From positions 109,835,224 through 109,899,041 of the forward strand of contig NC_068985.1 in assembly GCF_001194135.2 (NCBI RefSeq): a stretch of DNA of 63,818 nt, in the 5' to 3' direction. Below, piece by piece: positions 1 through 13,640 of this stretch (position 1 is its first letter; each line of letters begins with the position of its first letter). The DNA is from Octopus bimaculoides. Taxonomy: Eukaryota. Position numbers and translations under genes: made by a program. The notes below the pieces were generated by a model. It saw only the letters and a list, made by a program, of their open reading frames with translations, did no database searches and was not told where the DNA came from.

Positions 1-35
<35 letters not shown>

Positions 36-230
36 CGTGCGTGCGTGTGTGTGTGTGCGTGTGTGCTCTCGCGCGCGCGTATGTGTTTGTGTGTGTGTGT
101 GTGTGTGTTTGGGAGAGAGAGAATGTGTGTCTGTATGTGCCTGTGTGTATACGTGCATATCTGTGTGCGTGTATTGATGCCTTCGTATGTGTACCTGGTT
201 GTGCAAGTGCTTATATTTCTATGTGTCTGC
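1..230. repeat. (GT)n microsatellite, one of many
   Basis: Other large tracts: (GA)n/(GATA)n 15815-15970, (TCT)n(TCA)n 26140-26255, (GATA)n 43817-43912, (TAG)n 44028-44117, (GA)n 49880-50175, (GTAG)n 62072-62136, and many (TA)n/(CA)n/(TATG)n. Confidence 0.97.
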
Positions 231-294
231 GTATAAATAGAGAGAGAGTAGCATGCAATGAGTGACAGTACGAGTGAGCGGCTATACTTGAGAC

Positions 295-325
<31 letters not shown>

Positions 326-394
326 TTAATGCGGAAATGTTTTGTGTCATATTTACATATCCTTATTTATTTTTCTTTATTTCTACACTTACAG

Positions 395-536
395 CGATGT
401 CAAACCAAACGAGACGTTCCATACATCTCTGAAGCTGACGCCGGTACGCGTTGGGAAACGTACTGTTTGTGTAGGATTCACCTCTCAACAGTTGGCCGGT
501 CTCGAACAAGAGTGTGACATAGAAGTAACAGAGTAA
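395..536 (+). CDS. Terminal coding exon of a probable transglutaminase (C-terminal beta-barrel/Ig-like domain)
   Basis: Strong acceptor ttttctttatttctacacttacag ending at 394. Phase-2 entry, then DVKPNETFHTSLKLTPVRVGKRTVCVGFTSQQLAGLEQECDIEVTE* (TAA 534-536). This fits the last barrel of animal transglutaminases as I recall it (D-V/I-x-P-x-E ... P-x-x-x-G-x-R/K ... F-x-S-x-Q-L ... V-x-V). Upstream exons lie outside the window. Confidence 0.75.
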
Positions 537-1799
537 TAGCCGAGCTTCATACAACTCGACACTTCAGACGTGATTATATCGAAATTAAAATAGGGTGTAT
601 ACTCATACCATATAACAGATACGTAGACTTAAAAACTAGACACGCACATGCACACACGCACACATGCACACAGAAAAATAAACACAAGCACGTACACATG
701 CACACACATACACACACACGCACACACGCACAAACACACACGTACATACTCGGAGAGAAACAAATATACGCACAAGTAAACGCATACAAATATGTATATG
801 TATATATCTACCTAAACGTATACATATATGTACATATATATGCATGGATGTGATTAATGAGCGAGACGAAAGATTAGACACACGAGAATCTTTACTGATC
901 ACAACAATTGTTTCATGCCATCTAGCATCGATCACTCGCCAGTGGGATACCAGACATCTGGTTCAGATGTATCCCTTGGAGTAGGTATGACTCTTCAGGT
1001 AATTTCAAGCGGTATCTCGTTAAAATAAACCGCTTCACAAGATTCCTTCTTGGTCTTTTGTATATAGAAATGGCAAATTAAGGGAATACAGCTTCATTCT
1101 TATGTAAAATCCATAACAAAGATCAGATACAAAGCGAAACAAATATGCACTACAGTGAGAAAAGTGTTAGCTATAACTGTTAGTAGATATGAATATACAC
1201 TCGCTCGCACATATATATCCTTTAATTTACTATTTCTGTATACGAAGACCAGGAAGGAAACTTGCGACATAGTTTATTTTAGCAAGATAGTTCTTGAAAT
1301 CACCCGAGGAGAGACACCTACACCGAGGTATGCACCTAAACCAGGTGTACTGTATCCCATTTGTGAAGGATCGATGCTAGATGAGCCGAAAGATTTGCCA
1401 AGATTAATAAAGATTCTCGTATCTTCCATGTTCCATCTCGCACGTTAATGATATACCTAACGAATACTGGGCCAGTGAACGTGCTTTGCAGGCAAATTAC
1501 CGTGTCTATATCATATAATTCATTAACCAATAAATATATATGCATGTATGTGAGTGTGTGTGTGTGTGTGTGTGCGCGCATGTGTGGTGTGTGTAGTTAT
1601 ATATAAATATACATATACATATAAGCTATAGGCACAAATATACGCACAAGTAGATATACAATTATGTATACTATTACATTTACACATACAAATATATGTA
1701 CATAATCGCATACACATACAAACACATATGTGTGTGTATATGTGTATATATATATATGTATATCGATTCATAGACATATATACACACATATGCACATAA

Positions 1800-1863
<64 letters not shown>

Positions 1864-3749
1864 GCGCATGTGTGTATATATATATGCATGTATTTATGAA
1901 TGTATGCATATGTATTTGTGTATGAATAATAAAAAAATTAACTACAGATTTTGTCGTGACTGAGTTTGAAAACAAAATGTCCAACGAGGATTAAAATCGT
2001 CAAAATAAACCCTACAGAAATTTGACGAAACTTTTCATTTCTCCAATACTTATGTATCTCATCGTATGCTTCCATACATGATATGACAACGTTCCAGTAA
2101 GAGCAGGGAGAAATTATCATAATTTAGTAACATCTGGAAATATAGATTTAGGTATGCGTATAAACGAAAGGAATAATTTTGCGCATATTCCTTGTAAGTA
2201 CGTTTCTATGTTACCAGAGTTAGCTTCTATACATTCATGTGTATATGCGTACAAACATAAATACATACATTGGTGCATGTAATATGCATCTATATATAAT
2301 TTTTACGTCATAAAAATATGGAAAATTCGAATGACGTGAAATAAAGTTTTTCTAAACACTGGAAATTGAAGTAAAGTTATAGAATACTGAATTAAAAACG
2401 GATTTGAATGGAAAATGTCAAAGGCCGCCATTGTTCTATTGAAGGGTTTCTTTCTAACCTAATATATATCTATAGCATTACTTCTCGTTACGCACTTACA
2501 AACAACATGTATATGTGTGTGTGTGTTTGTGTGTGCATATATATACATATACATACATACAAACATACATACGCGCACGCACATAATTACGTTCTACACA
2601 CACACACACGCACACATATACATGTGAGAGTGTACGTACCAATTGTAAATGCAAGCATAACGTGCCTTAGACAAAATGTACATTATGAACTGTGCCTTAA
2701 AAGCTCTATAGGGGAGGTTGATCTTAATTATCTGTTCCGGTGAATGTTTAGACGTGCGCCGTGGTAAGATTGCTTCGCAACCACATGGTTCTGGGTTCAG
2801 TCCCACTGCGTGGTACCTAAGACGAATGTATTTTACTATAGCTTCGGGTTGACTAAAGCCTGGTGATTTGATTTGATAAACGGAAACTGAACGAAGACCA
2901 TCGTAAATATATATGCATCGTTTCTGGTTCATACATCCGAAAAAGAGGCACACTCTAAGCGTTAGGCGCCCATTGGAGTCTGACGAGTCGTACATAAGGC
3001 TAAGCGCTTTATGAATGCGAAAACATTGGTCACTCTTATACCGGCCTTATAATTAACCTCCTGTTAATATATACATACATCCATACACATATACACACAT
3101 ACACACATTATATATATATATATATAAACACTTACATACATACATATACACATACATATACATATATATTTATATATATGTATATATACATACATGTATA
3201 CATATATACGCTTGCATGTGTATAAATGCGTGTATGTATGTGTGTATTGTCTGTGTACATACGTACCTATGTATAAATGTATGTGAAAGCATAGCAGTCG
3301 TTTGTGTCTCACTCAATGGTATGATGTAATGCATGCGCTTTTAAAATATATCTTATACAACAGCATCTATAGCAACACTAACAATAATAATAATGACTTC
3401 TTTTAACATTGGAAACAGCCTCAATAATAAATAAGAACTGCAATAGTGTGATGAAACGTCTTTCGATATGTGGAGTTAATTTGTATTTCTACGCTTCATG
3501 AGAAATAAAATATTTTCGTTCTTATTTTTACTCCTGTCTGTGTTTTTATTCGTCCATAACCCGATTCTCTGACACTTGTTGTGGTTCAGGCTTTCTTGTC
3601 ATATTTTCTTCTTTTTTTTGCCAGTTTTTAAGAGGTTAAAATAAGTAAAAGAAATTGGAAACCAAATTATAGTAGCAGTTCGGCAAAAAGGACCGATAGA
3701 ATAAGCACAAGGCAAAGAGACCGATAGAATAAGCACTTGGCCTCAGATT

Positions 3750-4030
3750 GGCGGCGAGCTGGCAGAATCGTTAGCACGCCGGGCGAAATGCTTAGCGGTA
3801 TTTCGTCTGCCGTTACGTTCTGAGTTCAAATTCCGCCGAGGTCGACTTTGCCTTTCATCCTTTCGGGGTCGATAAATTAAGTACCAGTTACGCACTGGGG
3901 TCGATGTAATCGACTTAATCCGTTCGTCTGTTCTTGTTTGTTCCCTCTATGTTTAGCCCCTTGTGGGCAATAACGAAATAGGTATTTCGTCTGCCGTTAC
4001 GTTCTGAGTTCAAATTCCACCGAGGTTGAC
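3750..4030 (+). mobile_element. tRNA-head SINE with a Deu/Nin-type core (family B), representative copy
   Basis: ggcggcgagctggcagaatcgttagc head and core gtcgactttgcctttcatcctttcggggtcgataaattaagtaccag. Other copies at about 5347-5555, 7345-7550, 9460-9630, 17640-18255 (three, minus), 28790-28950, 38555-38990 (two), 39190-39385, 45520-45660, 55900-56570 (several), 57650-57800 and 58030-58255. Confidence 0.85.
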
Positions 4031-4698
4031 NNNNNNNNNNNNNNNNNNNNNNNNNNNNNNNNNNNNNNNNNNNNNNNNNNNNNNNNNNNNNNNNNNNNNN
4101 NNNNNNNNNNNNNNNNNNNNNNNNNNNNNNNNNNNNNNNNNNNNNNNNNNNNNNNNNNNNNNNNNNNNNNNNNNNNNNNNNNNNNNNNNNNNNNNNNNNN
4201 NNNNNNNNNNNNNNNNNNNNNNNNNNNNNNNNNNNNNNNNNNNNNNNNNNNNNNNNNNNNNNNNNNNNNNNNNNNNNNNNNNNNNNNNNNNNNNNNNNNN
4301 NNNNNNNNNNNNNNNNNNNNNNNNNNNNNNNNNNNNNNNNNNNNNNNNNNNNNNNNNNNNNNNNNNNNNNNNNNNNNNNNNNNNNNNNNNNNNNNNNNNN
4401 NNNNNNNNNNNNNNNNNNNNNNNNNNNNNNNNNNNNNNNNNNNNNNNNNNNNNNNNNNNNNNNNNNNNNNNNNNNNNNNNNNNNNNNNNNNNNNNNNNNN
4501 NNNNNNNNNNNNNNNNNNNNNNNNNNNNNNNNNNNNNNNNNNNNNNNNNNNNNNNNNNNNNNNNNNNNNNNNNNNNNNNNNNNNNNNNNNNNNNNNNNNN
4601 NNNNNNNNNNNNNNNNNNNNNNNNNNNNNNNNNNNNNNNNNNNNNNNNNNNNNNNNNNNNNNNNNNNNNNNNNNNNNNNNNNNNNNNNNNNNNNNNNN
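4031..4698. other. Assembly gap (representative)
   Basis: Run of N. About 17 gaps in the window, mostly next to microsatellites. Those near 43330-43815, 45900-46315 and 52913-53680 lie in introns of the module gene and could hide exons. Confidence 0.99.
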
Positions 4699-4762
4699 CT
4701 CCCGCAAAATTTCAGGCTTTGAGCCGATAGCAGAAAGGATCATCATTATTATTATTATTATT

Positions 4763-5309
4763 GAGTGAGAGAGCAGTGCGTGCCATCAAAGTGACACTGG
4801 GGTAAAATATACGAAGCCCATTATACCCATCATGACTACCCGTCTGATAAGGGTACACCAAGCACATGCATCAGAACCATGTGTGCGCGACATAGTGATC
4901 TCATATCAAGATAAACAGCGCATGACCTCGCAGGTGGGGCCCAATTAGAATTTTCTTCAGGTCGAGTAGCCCATCCTGCTCAAAAGGTCCTTGAATAAGG
5001 TTTGTTTAAGGATGTTGAGTAAAACGCCCATGTTTCCAAAGGTGAATTATTCAAACCCCAAAGACTTCCTCTCAACACATGGCTATGATGCTCCCCCCAC
5101 TACTTCTGCTCATGATCAGAGATGCACATATCGTCAGCCACCAAGAGACATACTCAACTGGTTAAAGTCAAACAACTGACAAACAAATCGGTGGTATTAA
5201 GCAGAATATTTGTTGTAGCCCATCTTTTTATACCAAGACAAAACAATGTACATGATAACACTTCCAATCAATTAAGATCAGAAGCCATGAGAGCCACTGC
5301 CTGGTACTG

Positions 5310-5312
<3 letters not shown>
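4763..5312 (-). mobile_element. Probable 3' UTR end of a non-LTR retrotransposon with a (TAA)n tail
   Basis: Moderate-GC non-coding block ending, on the minus strand, in ctctcactc(aat)n and bounded by (ATT)n on both sides. Clade not determinable here. Confidence 0.45.
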
Positions 5313-5340
<28 letters not shown>

Positions 5341-5939
5341 GATATGGTGAGCTAGCAGAATCGTTAACACATCTCGGAAAATGTTTAGCAACATTTCGTG
5401 CGTCTCAACGTCTGAATTCAACTTCCGCCGAGTTCGACTTTGCCTTTCATCCTTTCGCTGTCGATGAAATAACTACCAGTTGAACACTGGGATAAATGTA
5501 ATTCATTTATCCCCTCCCTTGAAGCTGCTGCTCTGCCCGCAAAATTTGAAATCATTATCTTATCATTATTATAGGTCTCCTTACTTCATCTCCAAAAAAC
5601 GAAAGTGCTCAGCAATTTTACTTTTATAATACGTATCGACCCTGTGTCCTATTTCTAGATGTGTTCATGCTAGTTAAATTCTATTTACGACTTTTCATTT
5701 CTTAATTACTGCTCATTGTACTAGTACTCATTTGGATCCTGTTATTTGTGCTATTAACATTATATATGTTTTGAAACTACTCTCAAGTTAAGAAGCTTGT
5801 TTTGCAATCAGGTTCAGTCACACTGAGCTGCATCATGGACAGATGCCTTCCACCATAACCCCTGGCTGACCAATGCCTTTGCGAATAAAATTAGTTGATG
5901 GTATTTGTGTGGTGGAAGACCTTCGTGTATATGTGTGTC

Positions 5940-5976
<37 letters not shown>

Positions 5977-6229
5977 TTTGGTGTTTTTTCCCCACCGTTT
6001 GACAATCAGTGTTGATTTGTGAATGTCTCTGTAACTTAGCGGTTCGGTAAAAGTAACCTATGGAATAAATACCAGGACTTAGGACAAAATAAAACTAAGT
6101 ATTAAGTTCAATTTCCTCGACTGAGCCTGTCAAGTCGCTGTCTTAGCATGGCTACAGTCCATGATTAAAAAAAAAAAACAAAAGGTAAAAGACAAATGAT
6201 GAAAGAATAGTAGCTGCTGTATTGAACTA

Positions 6230-6790
6230 ATCACATCTGACGAGACAAAATATCTGATCATGATAGAATTCACAATACACTTCGAAGTGCATATAGTAGA
6301 AACGAATTTGAGAAATTGTGTGAACTATCAGGAATTGGAGAAGTGCGACCAGAGATCCTTTAGGGTTACAGAGTTTTGCAGGACATTCATCTGCAAAGCT
6401 CCAATCGTCTGAGCTTAAAAGAAGGTGGCAAATGAAAGAGCTTTCAGCCGGATAGTAAAGCTGCAGCGAAAGCTACCAGATGATTTTGGATCGAGGATAG
6501 CTCCAATGATTATTGTTAGTGGTATTCAAGTTGAGGTCGAATTGATCCCGTATAGATCACCTGAATGAAGAAGGTGCTTGATCTTGTATGACCCCAAATA
6601 CCTGACGAACTCAGGTCTCATAACGGACTATGCGCTCTAGTTCAACCAGATGTTTCTTCTGCACTGTATTTAGTTGGATTGAAACGAGGCTTGTGTTTTC
6701 GTAAATGATTTGGTTTAAACAAACGTTGTATGTATTACGTACCACATGAAACGTTCAACAGGGAACCTCTGTAGATCGTTATACTTGCAT
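6230..6790 (-). mobile_element. Old CR1/Jockey-like LINE 3' ORF2 fragment
   Basis: Degenerate YTGSIRPQLEY and HNFSNSFL motifs on the minus strand, with many stops. Confidence 0.5.
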
Positions 6791-7920
6791 TTCATAGCAG
6801 AAACACTACGGTTCATACATTTCCCATAAAATTTAGAAAATAGAAACCGTATCTGCATTTTCAGATGATAATATAAAAGAGAAAGTGTAAAGCTGTAAAT
6901 GTCAAGAGATAAAAGAAATCAGAAATACATGAAGAGAGTACAAATATCTAAGCCAGGAATAGCTGAACTTATATGATTTGAGAACGGAAACCATATAATG
7001 TTAAAGAGGGAAATTCTCTTTATACATAGAGAACTGTGGAGAACTGCAGAGAAAACTTATAAGGTCCAACGAAGCAGTAAATGTGGCCAATCACTAACCC
7101 GCAAAGCAAACCTCAGAGCAATAAGGCTTCAGTTATTGAAAGATAAACATAAATAATATAAAAATGGTATATTAAATCTACATACGTCAGTGTACAAGTG
7201 GATCACTGCATTTCTATTGTCCGTAGAAATAAAAAGTTTACAGTTCGAACCCAACTAGGTACTTTGTACATTTCCATGAATGTAACATTTGATAACGATA
7301 GTGGATCAAGTTGATCGAAGAGTGGTATAAATATAAATTGTTCTTTTATGCGAGATGGCAGAATCGTTAGCACGATGAGCAAAATACATAGCGGCATGTC
7401 ATCAGTTTTGAGCTCAAATTCATCCGAGGCCGACTTTGTTTTTCATCCATTCGGGGTCGTTGAAATAGGTACCGGTGGACTAGAGTCGATGTAATCGACT
7501 TAACTCCTGTCCAGAATTGCTGCCTTTGTGCCAAAATTTGAAACCAATATTATATTATATTATTATAAATACTTCAAACTATACCTTATTATATTGGCTT
7601 CAATTTTGGCGACCTTTGATTACCTTTCTGATAATGCGAGAGTAGAATACATCTCCAAGAATACAACATTTTGCTCCAGCCAAGTTGTGGAAGCTAACAA
7701 CAAGACACATCGTATAAGACAAAACAGTTGTACTGATTTCATCTTCTCGTATTAGAATTATGTATGTAGTTCACGGATGAGATCCGGAGATTCTCCTTAT
7801 ACAAGACACTTGGTCGTACTCAAAAGATTCAAACTTAAACTCCGATGTCTTTACAGGGGATAATTCTAAAAGGTAAAGTGTACTCCTATTTTTGAGCCAC
7901 CCAGTATATTAATATATATT

Positions 7921-7964
<44 letters not shown>

Positions 7965-8000
7965 ATATGATATATCTAATATATATTACACACACTTATA

Positions 8001-8877
8001 CAGGGTGCAATTGGTAAATTGTCACCATTTTATATTTTTGATTTCGTGCATACGCATTGTTTATTTTTTCTTATTTTGTCGAATACACAGTATAGTAGGG
8101 TCAGTTGAACACCGTCTGTGAGAAAAACAGCACCAAGACGCAATTCACTCAACCAGAAGTTTGGAAATTACATGCTGTGCTGCTTAGCATTCGTGTCGGA
8201 AGCTCCAATACGAACAGATGGTGAACACACAGAACAATCGTTGGCTTGCCGTGTCCGCAAAACATGTACCGAGAGTGAAAAAAATCAAACATCCAGTCAA
8301 CATCATGGTGTTTGGAGTGATCACTAGTAATGGTGACGTTATGCCTCCATTCATCTTCCTACACGGCCTCAGTCTCAACACGGAAGCCTACATCAAGTGC
8401 CTGGAGGAGGTAGTGCTGTCCTGGATCAGGAGAGTGGATGCTGGAAGAGCCTATGTCTGGCAACAGGACTCTGCACCATGCCGCACAAGCAGGAGAACCC
8501 AGTGTTGGTTGTCAGACAATTTCTGAGACCACATCACTCCAAACATCTTGTCACCTAACTCCCCAGACCGTGACCCCTTGATTATTATGTGTGGGGCGCA
8601 GTTGAGCGAGAGACTAGCTAAACTCCTTGTAACAGCAAAGATGAACTGAAGGCAAGGATTATGGCAGCATTCACCAACTTAAACAAGGAGACCGTCCAGA
8701 AGAGTTGCAGGAGATTCCGAAGTCCTCTGAAGACCGTGGTTGAAACCAATGGCGATTTTATTGACTAAATTTACTCTAGTATTTCAAGATATTTTCATGT
8801 AATTTTCGTAAATATATCTGTTAAAATGAGATGTCATTTTTGGGTAATTTAGACGACAATACATTCACCGCACCCTG
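8001..8877 (+). mobile_element. Internally deleted Tc1/mariner-superfamily element, DD37D (maT) type
   Basis: TA|CAGGGTGC ... GCACCCTG|TA termini. Transposase C-terminal half HPVNIMVFGVITSNG...WQQDSAPC...NSPDRDPL(D)YYVWGAVE, with 37 residues between the last two catalytic Asp positions. Stop at 8524-8526 and a frameshift near 8580. Confidence 0.9.
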
Positions 8878-10748
8878 TATATGTGTATGTGTCTATGTAC
8901 GTATGCGTGTGTGTGAACGCGTGCGCGCGCGCGTGTATTTATATGTGTGTGTATATGTGTGTATGTGTGTATGTACGTATCTAGCTAGCTCTCTACTTAT
9001 CTGTATATGCATGCGTGCGTGTAATTCTGCTCGTCTTTCCCACTTCCCAAATTCCATCANNNNNNNNNNACACAAACATGCACGCACGCACGCTTACACA
9101 CACACGCACACACGCACACACACATATATATATATATGCGACACATTTCAGAGACAAAGGAGAAGGAGGAACACAAAGCATAACCAAAATGTCGTACAGT
9201 ACAAATACCAAACCGCCACGCAGATATTCGAGAATAGATTTGTATATTAATACTTTCGTACCGATGTAGTATTATTCTAATAACATGTTTATAGTAGTGT
9301 TGTGAAAATGTTGTTCTTTAAGCTCTAGCAATCCCTAACAGCCTAAAAAGGAACGATATTTTAAATGGGGTTACCTATTGTTTTTTTCCAGCTAGGTCAT
9401 TTAGAATTGTATTTTCCATTGTTCTTTTACTTTTAATATGTTTTGGTGCGGTCACAGCTTCGAGCTGGCATTTCGCCCGTCTACGTTCTGAGTTCAAATT
9501 CAGCCGAGGTTGACTTTGCTTTCATCCTTTCGGGGTCGATAACATTACTAGTTCAGACCTGGAGTCGATGTAATTGACTTATCTCCTCCCCGAACTTATT
9601 GGCCTTGTGTCAATATACGAAACCAATATGTATGGGTGTTGGTGTCAGAGAAATTTGGCCGGTATTACTATCGCATTTTATGATAATGTTGAAGTGGTTA
9701 CACATTCACTCTTGAATTTGGCAAAAAATCATTGGAATGGACAGAAAGGTAAATGAGAAATAGTTATTAAGATATCGTAGGTAAAGTATAATACAAATTA
9801 AATTTTTCTCCGTCTACATTTTATGATCGAATATCGTATATATATGTGCATACCTCCCTATCTACCTACATACATACACACATACATACACACCAGCCGA
9901 AATTGTAAGGATAATCTGGATCTCGACTGAAGAAAGAAAACTCCAAATGACCTGTCCGTGTTTTCTTTCTATCGTCTATCTGTATGTTTTGTCCCTTTCT
10001 TGTATCACTTAAATGTCTGGATGTTTTGTGTTCTTGTCCTATTCTGTATTCTGCGACCACCACTTCCACTACCATCACCACCACCACCACCACCACCACC
10101 ACCATCTTTACTACTGATACTACATCACAATTCTACCACTATCATAACTACTATCTTCTGACACAGATAATACCACTTCAAATGGCCGGGTACTCCGTCG
10201 GTTACGACGACGAGTGTTACAGTTTTATTCGCTCAATCGAACAGTCGGTTCATGAAATTAACTTGCAAGTGGTTGAGCATACCGCAGATATGCCTACACT
10301 TAACATAGTTTCCACAGAATATGACAAGGTTGGACCTCTGAACAACATGTACAATTCATTTTTGCCAGCTGAGTGGACTGGAGCACCGTGAAATAAAGTG
10401 TCTTGCTCAAGGACAGAACGCAACCTCGGGAATCGAACTCACAACCTTACGATCGCGAAGCGAATGCACTAACCACAAGGCCATGCACCTTCACTACTTC
10501 CTCAACTACTACTGTTTCTAAAATCATAACCGCCACCATTATAACAACTATTGCCATGACCACCAATAACGGGTTAAGTGCCACAGCATCAACCATCACT
10601 ATTAACATCATAACCAAAATCATACTACCAACCACTAAGTATACATCACCAAACTACCATTTGTAGTATAGTTACTATCGCGTTAGCTACTAGCAGACCC
10701 ACTACTACCACCATAACCACTTTTGCATCAAAAACCACGAGACTCGAT

Positions 10749-11122
10749 GTTGTTGTTGTTGGCACTCCGTCGCTTACGACGTCGATGGTTCCAGTTGATC
10801 CGATCAACGGAACAGCCTCCTCGTGAAATTAGTGTGCAAGTGGCTGAGCACTCCACAGACACGTGTAACCTTAACGTAGTTCTCGGGGATATTCAGCGTG
10901 ACACAGTGTGACAAGGCTGACCCTTTGAATTACAGGCACAACAGAAACAGGAAAAAAGAGTGAGAGAAAATTGTGGTGAAACAGTACAGCAGGATTCGCC
11001 ACCTCGTGGAGCTTTAGATGTTTTCGCTCAATAAACACTCACAACGCCTGGTGTGGGAATCGAAACCGCGATCCTATAACCGCGAGTCCGCTGCCCTAAC
11101 CACTGGGCCATTGTGCCTCCAC
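10749..11122 (-). mobile_element. tRNA-derived SINE, family D
   Basis: Head gtggaggcacaatggcccagtggttagggc...ggtttcgattccc (A and B boxes), (aac)n tail. Near-identical to 47856-48298. Confidence 0.88.
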
Positions 11123-11608
11123 AGTATAGATACTATCGCGTTAGCTACTATCAGACCCACTACTACAACCATAACCACTTCTGCATCAAAATCCACGAGC
11201 CTCGATACTACTATAATAAAGAGAGAAAAAAAATAACAAGAAAATGCAGTCTGTAAATGTAAATATCAAATCATTTGACCTTGAAAATGTCTTGAAAAGT
11301 CAGAGTCATTAGCAGTGACATGTTGAAGAAACTTATGAGTAGGTTATTGTTGCATCAATATGTATATACTTCTCCCCCACCTTTATTCAGTCTTAGCCAT
11401 GGTGACTTGACTGAGGGGAAATGAATACCGGAACAGTTCTAGTCTAAAGTATACCGGATGTGATAATAATGGTTGGCACAAATTTAGTGTGATACCATTT
11501 AAACGTCATGTCTATGTGAGCTAGATTTTTTTGTTACTTTATTTTTTTAAATGCATCTCATTGTCTCACGGAGTTATTGGGACTACTACTAAACGCTTTC
11601 AAGTCTAC

Positions 11609-12730
11609 TAGGTTGAGTCAAAATTCGTACTTTTCGTACTTCAAGCTTTAATCAATATTGTAAACAAATTACATACGAAAAGCGTGTCTTCGATAAAATG
11701 TCTATTCACATACTATTTTCTCTGTTGCGATCGTTGTGCCTGAAACTCAACTCCATGCTTATATCAGTTGGATGGTTTAGAGGCAAAAACTCCCTGCGCC
11801 CGCTTTGAATCTCATCCACATAGTTGAGCCTCTGTCCGCGAACGAAATGATCCTTGGCTCGTAAAAGGTGATAATCTGATGATGCAAGGTCTGGACTCTA
11901 GACAGGAGGAGACAGAACTTCCATTCCCCAAGTTCCTGAAGTTTTCGTTTGGTCACATTGATAGTGCCTGCTGGGGCTTGACATGCTGTAGGAAAACACG
12001 TCTTCGATTGATTAATGCCAGGCATTATATACTTGCCAAAGCTGTTGAGCATACAAGTTAACGTATACAGTATGACTATCTGGGACTAGCTGAAAGAGCA
12101 ATACTCCCTTGAAATTCCACCAAACAAACAAAACGGTCTGTTCAAACTGCTCTTGTTTGACAACAGGTTCTGAAGCCTGATCGGAACAAAGCCACTGATT
12201 TCTCTTATTAGGATTACAAAAATAGATCAAATTTTCATCCTCAGTTATAATACGACATTAAAAGCGGGCATCTCGAAGTTTTACCAGCAGCAAATACACA
12301 CACGTCGTTGAACCTAGTCGTCGGTCAGTTCATGAGGAGCTTCTCATTTGCACCTGTTCACAAAGCCGAGCTTACGGAGGTATCGACGGATGCTGCTTTG
12401 TGAAGGATCAAGTTCTGAGGAGAACGTATGAGTGCTTGTGTTTGACTATCAACCATATCAAGTAAGGCCCAATATTCCACAACAGAAGTTCTCCCTAATG
12501 TTGGTTTGTTTCCGAGACTGGTGTCACCTCTTTGAAATATCTGAACCAATTTTGTGTCACACGTTTGTTGACAGTTCCTGGGCATTCCATTAATTTCTCT
12601 TGCCGCTGCCCTTGGAATCTTTCCACTTTCTCAGAGATAGCGTAAAATGACTTTAACTGCAATTTTCTTCACCCCTCAATCTCAAAGCTGTAAAATAAAA
12701 AGTAAAAACGCTTAATGTTTATATCTTATA
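11609..12730 (-). mobile_element. Degenerate mariner transposon
   Basis: Broken frames give FQRGDTSLGNKPTLGRTSVVE (HTH region) and NPNKRNQW...VLFVWWNFKGVLLFQLVP...TVYVNLYAQQL (catalytic region). TIRs eroded. Confidence 0.85.
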
Positions 12731-13343
12731 TATGAAGATAAAGAAAAAAAACAATTCCCCAACGAGAAGTATGAATTTAATTACACATCTGAAATCACGC
12801 GGCACTATCGTCAACCGAGAGAACCCAACGTTACTTATCTTTTGTCATCCATACAAAATGATTTTTCAGGACGTTCACCACAGTCTAAGGCGTTATAAGC
12901 AACAACACACACACACACACACACATGCACACACACACACATGCACACACACACACACATGCACATTTATATCTAAATATCAATATATAGAAATTATGTT
13001 TATAAAAAAAAATCTTACAATACCAATCAACATATATATAACCAAACCCACACACATGCACACACACACTCGCAACCTCATCGGAAGCATCCCCCACGCA
13101 AATACATTTATCTCTATACAGAATCATTGGTACCCCATATGCTCATTATAAATTAATCCATAGATCAACCAAGTAATAACGACTTTCCTCTTCCATTACT
13201 CACCTCGTACCACACATACAAATTTATCTATTCTTATATTCACCTTTTCACAATTTGCCCCTTGCTCTTCCTCTCGGTCCATCCGCCAATGTCTTTCAAT
13301 TACATCATACGTTGATATTATCTCCCTCTTTTTCTCCCTCTTC

Positions 13344-13387
<44 letters not shown>

Positions 13388-13583
13388 ATTTATCTATCTA
13401 TCTATCTCTCACTGCCAGTCGTTATTTATAGTCGATCGCAAATTGCTGCGACGCTTGAACTTTAGTAATTGATCTTTCAATTAGTTGCGTTGATACGTGG
13501 CTAATTGTAAAAAATACATTTTAATACAAATGACTTGCCATTTCTCAGTGAAATGTGAGATTACTCTTACCGAACACACAGCA

Positions 13584-13640
<57 letters not shown>

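Noticed and set aside
1155-1581. Overlapping ORFs downstream of the transglutaminase stop
   Set aside because: Weak splice signals and no recognisable domain on either strand; probably 3' UTR or intergenic.
9984-10666. Thr-rich mucin-like ORFs as linkers of the chitin-binding protein
   Set aside because: Wrong strand, made of (ACC)/(ACT) simple repeats plus a SINE, and no splice support.
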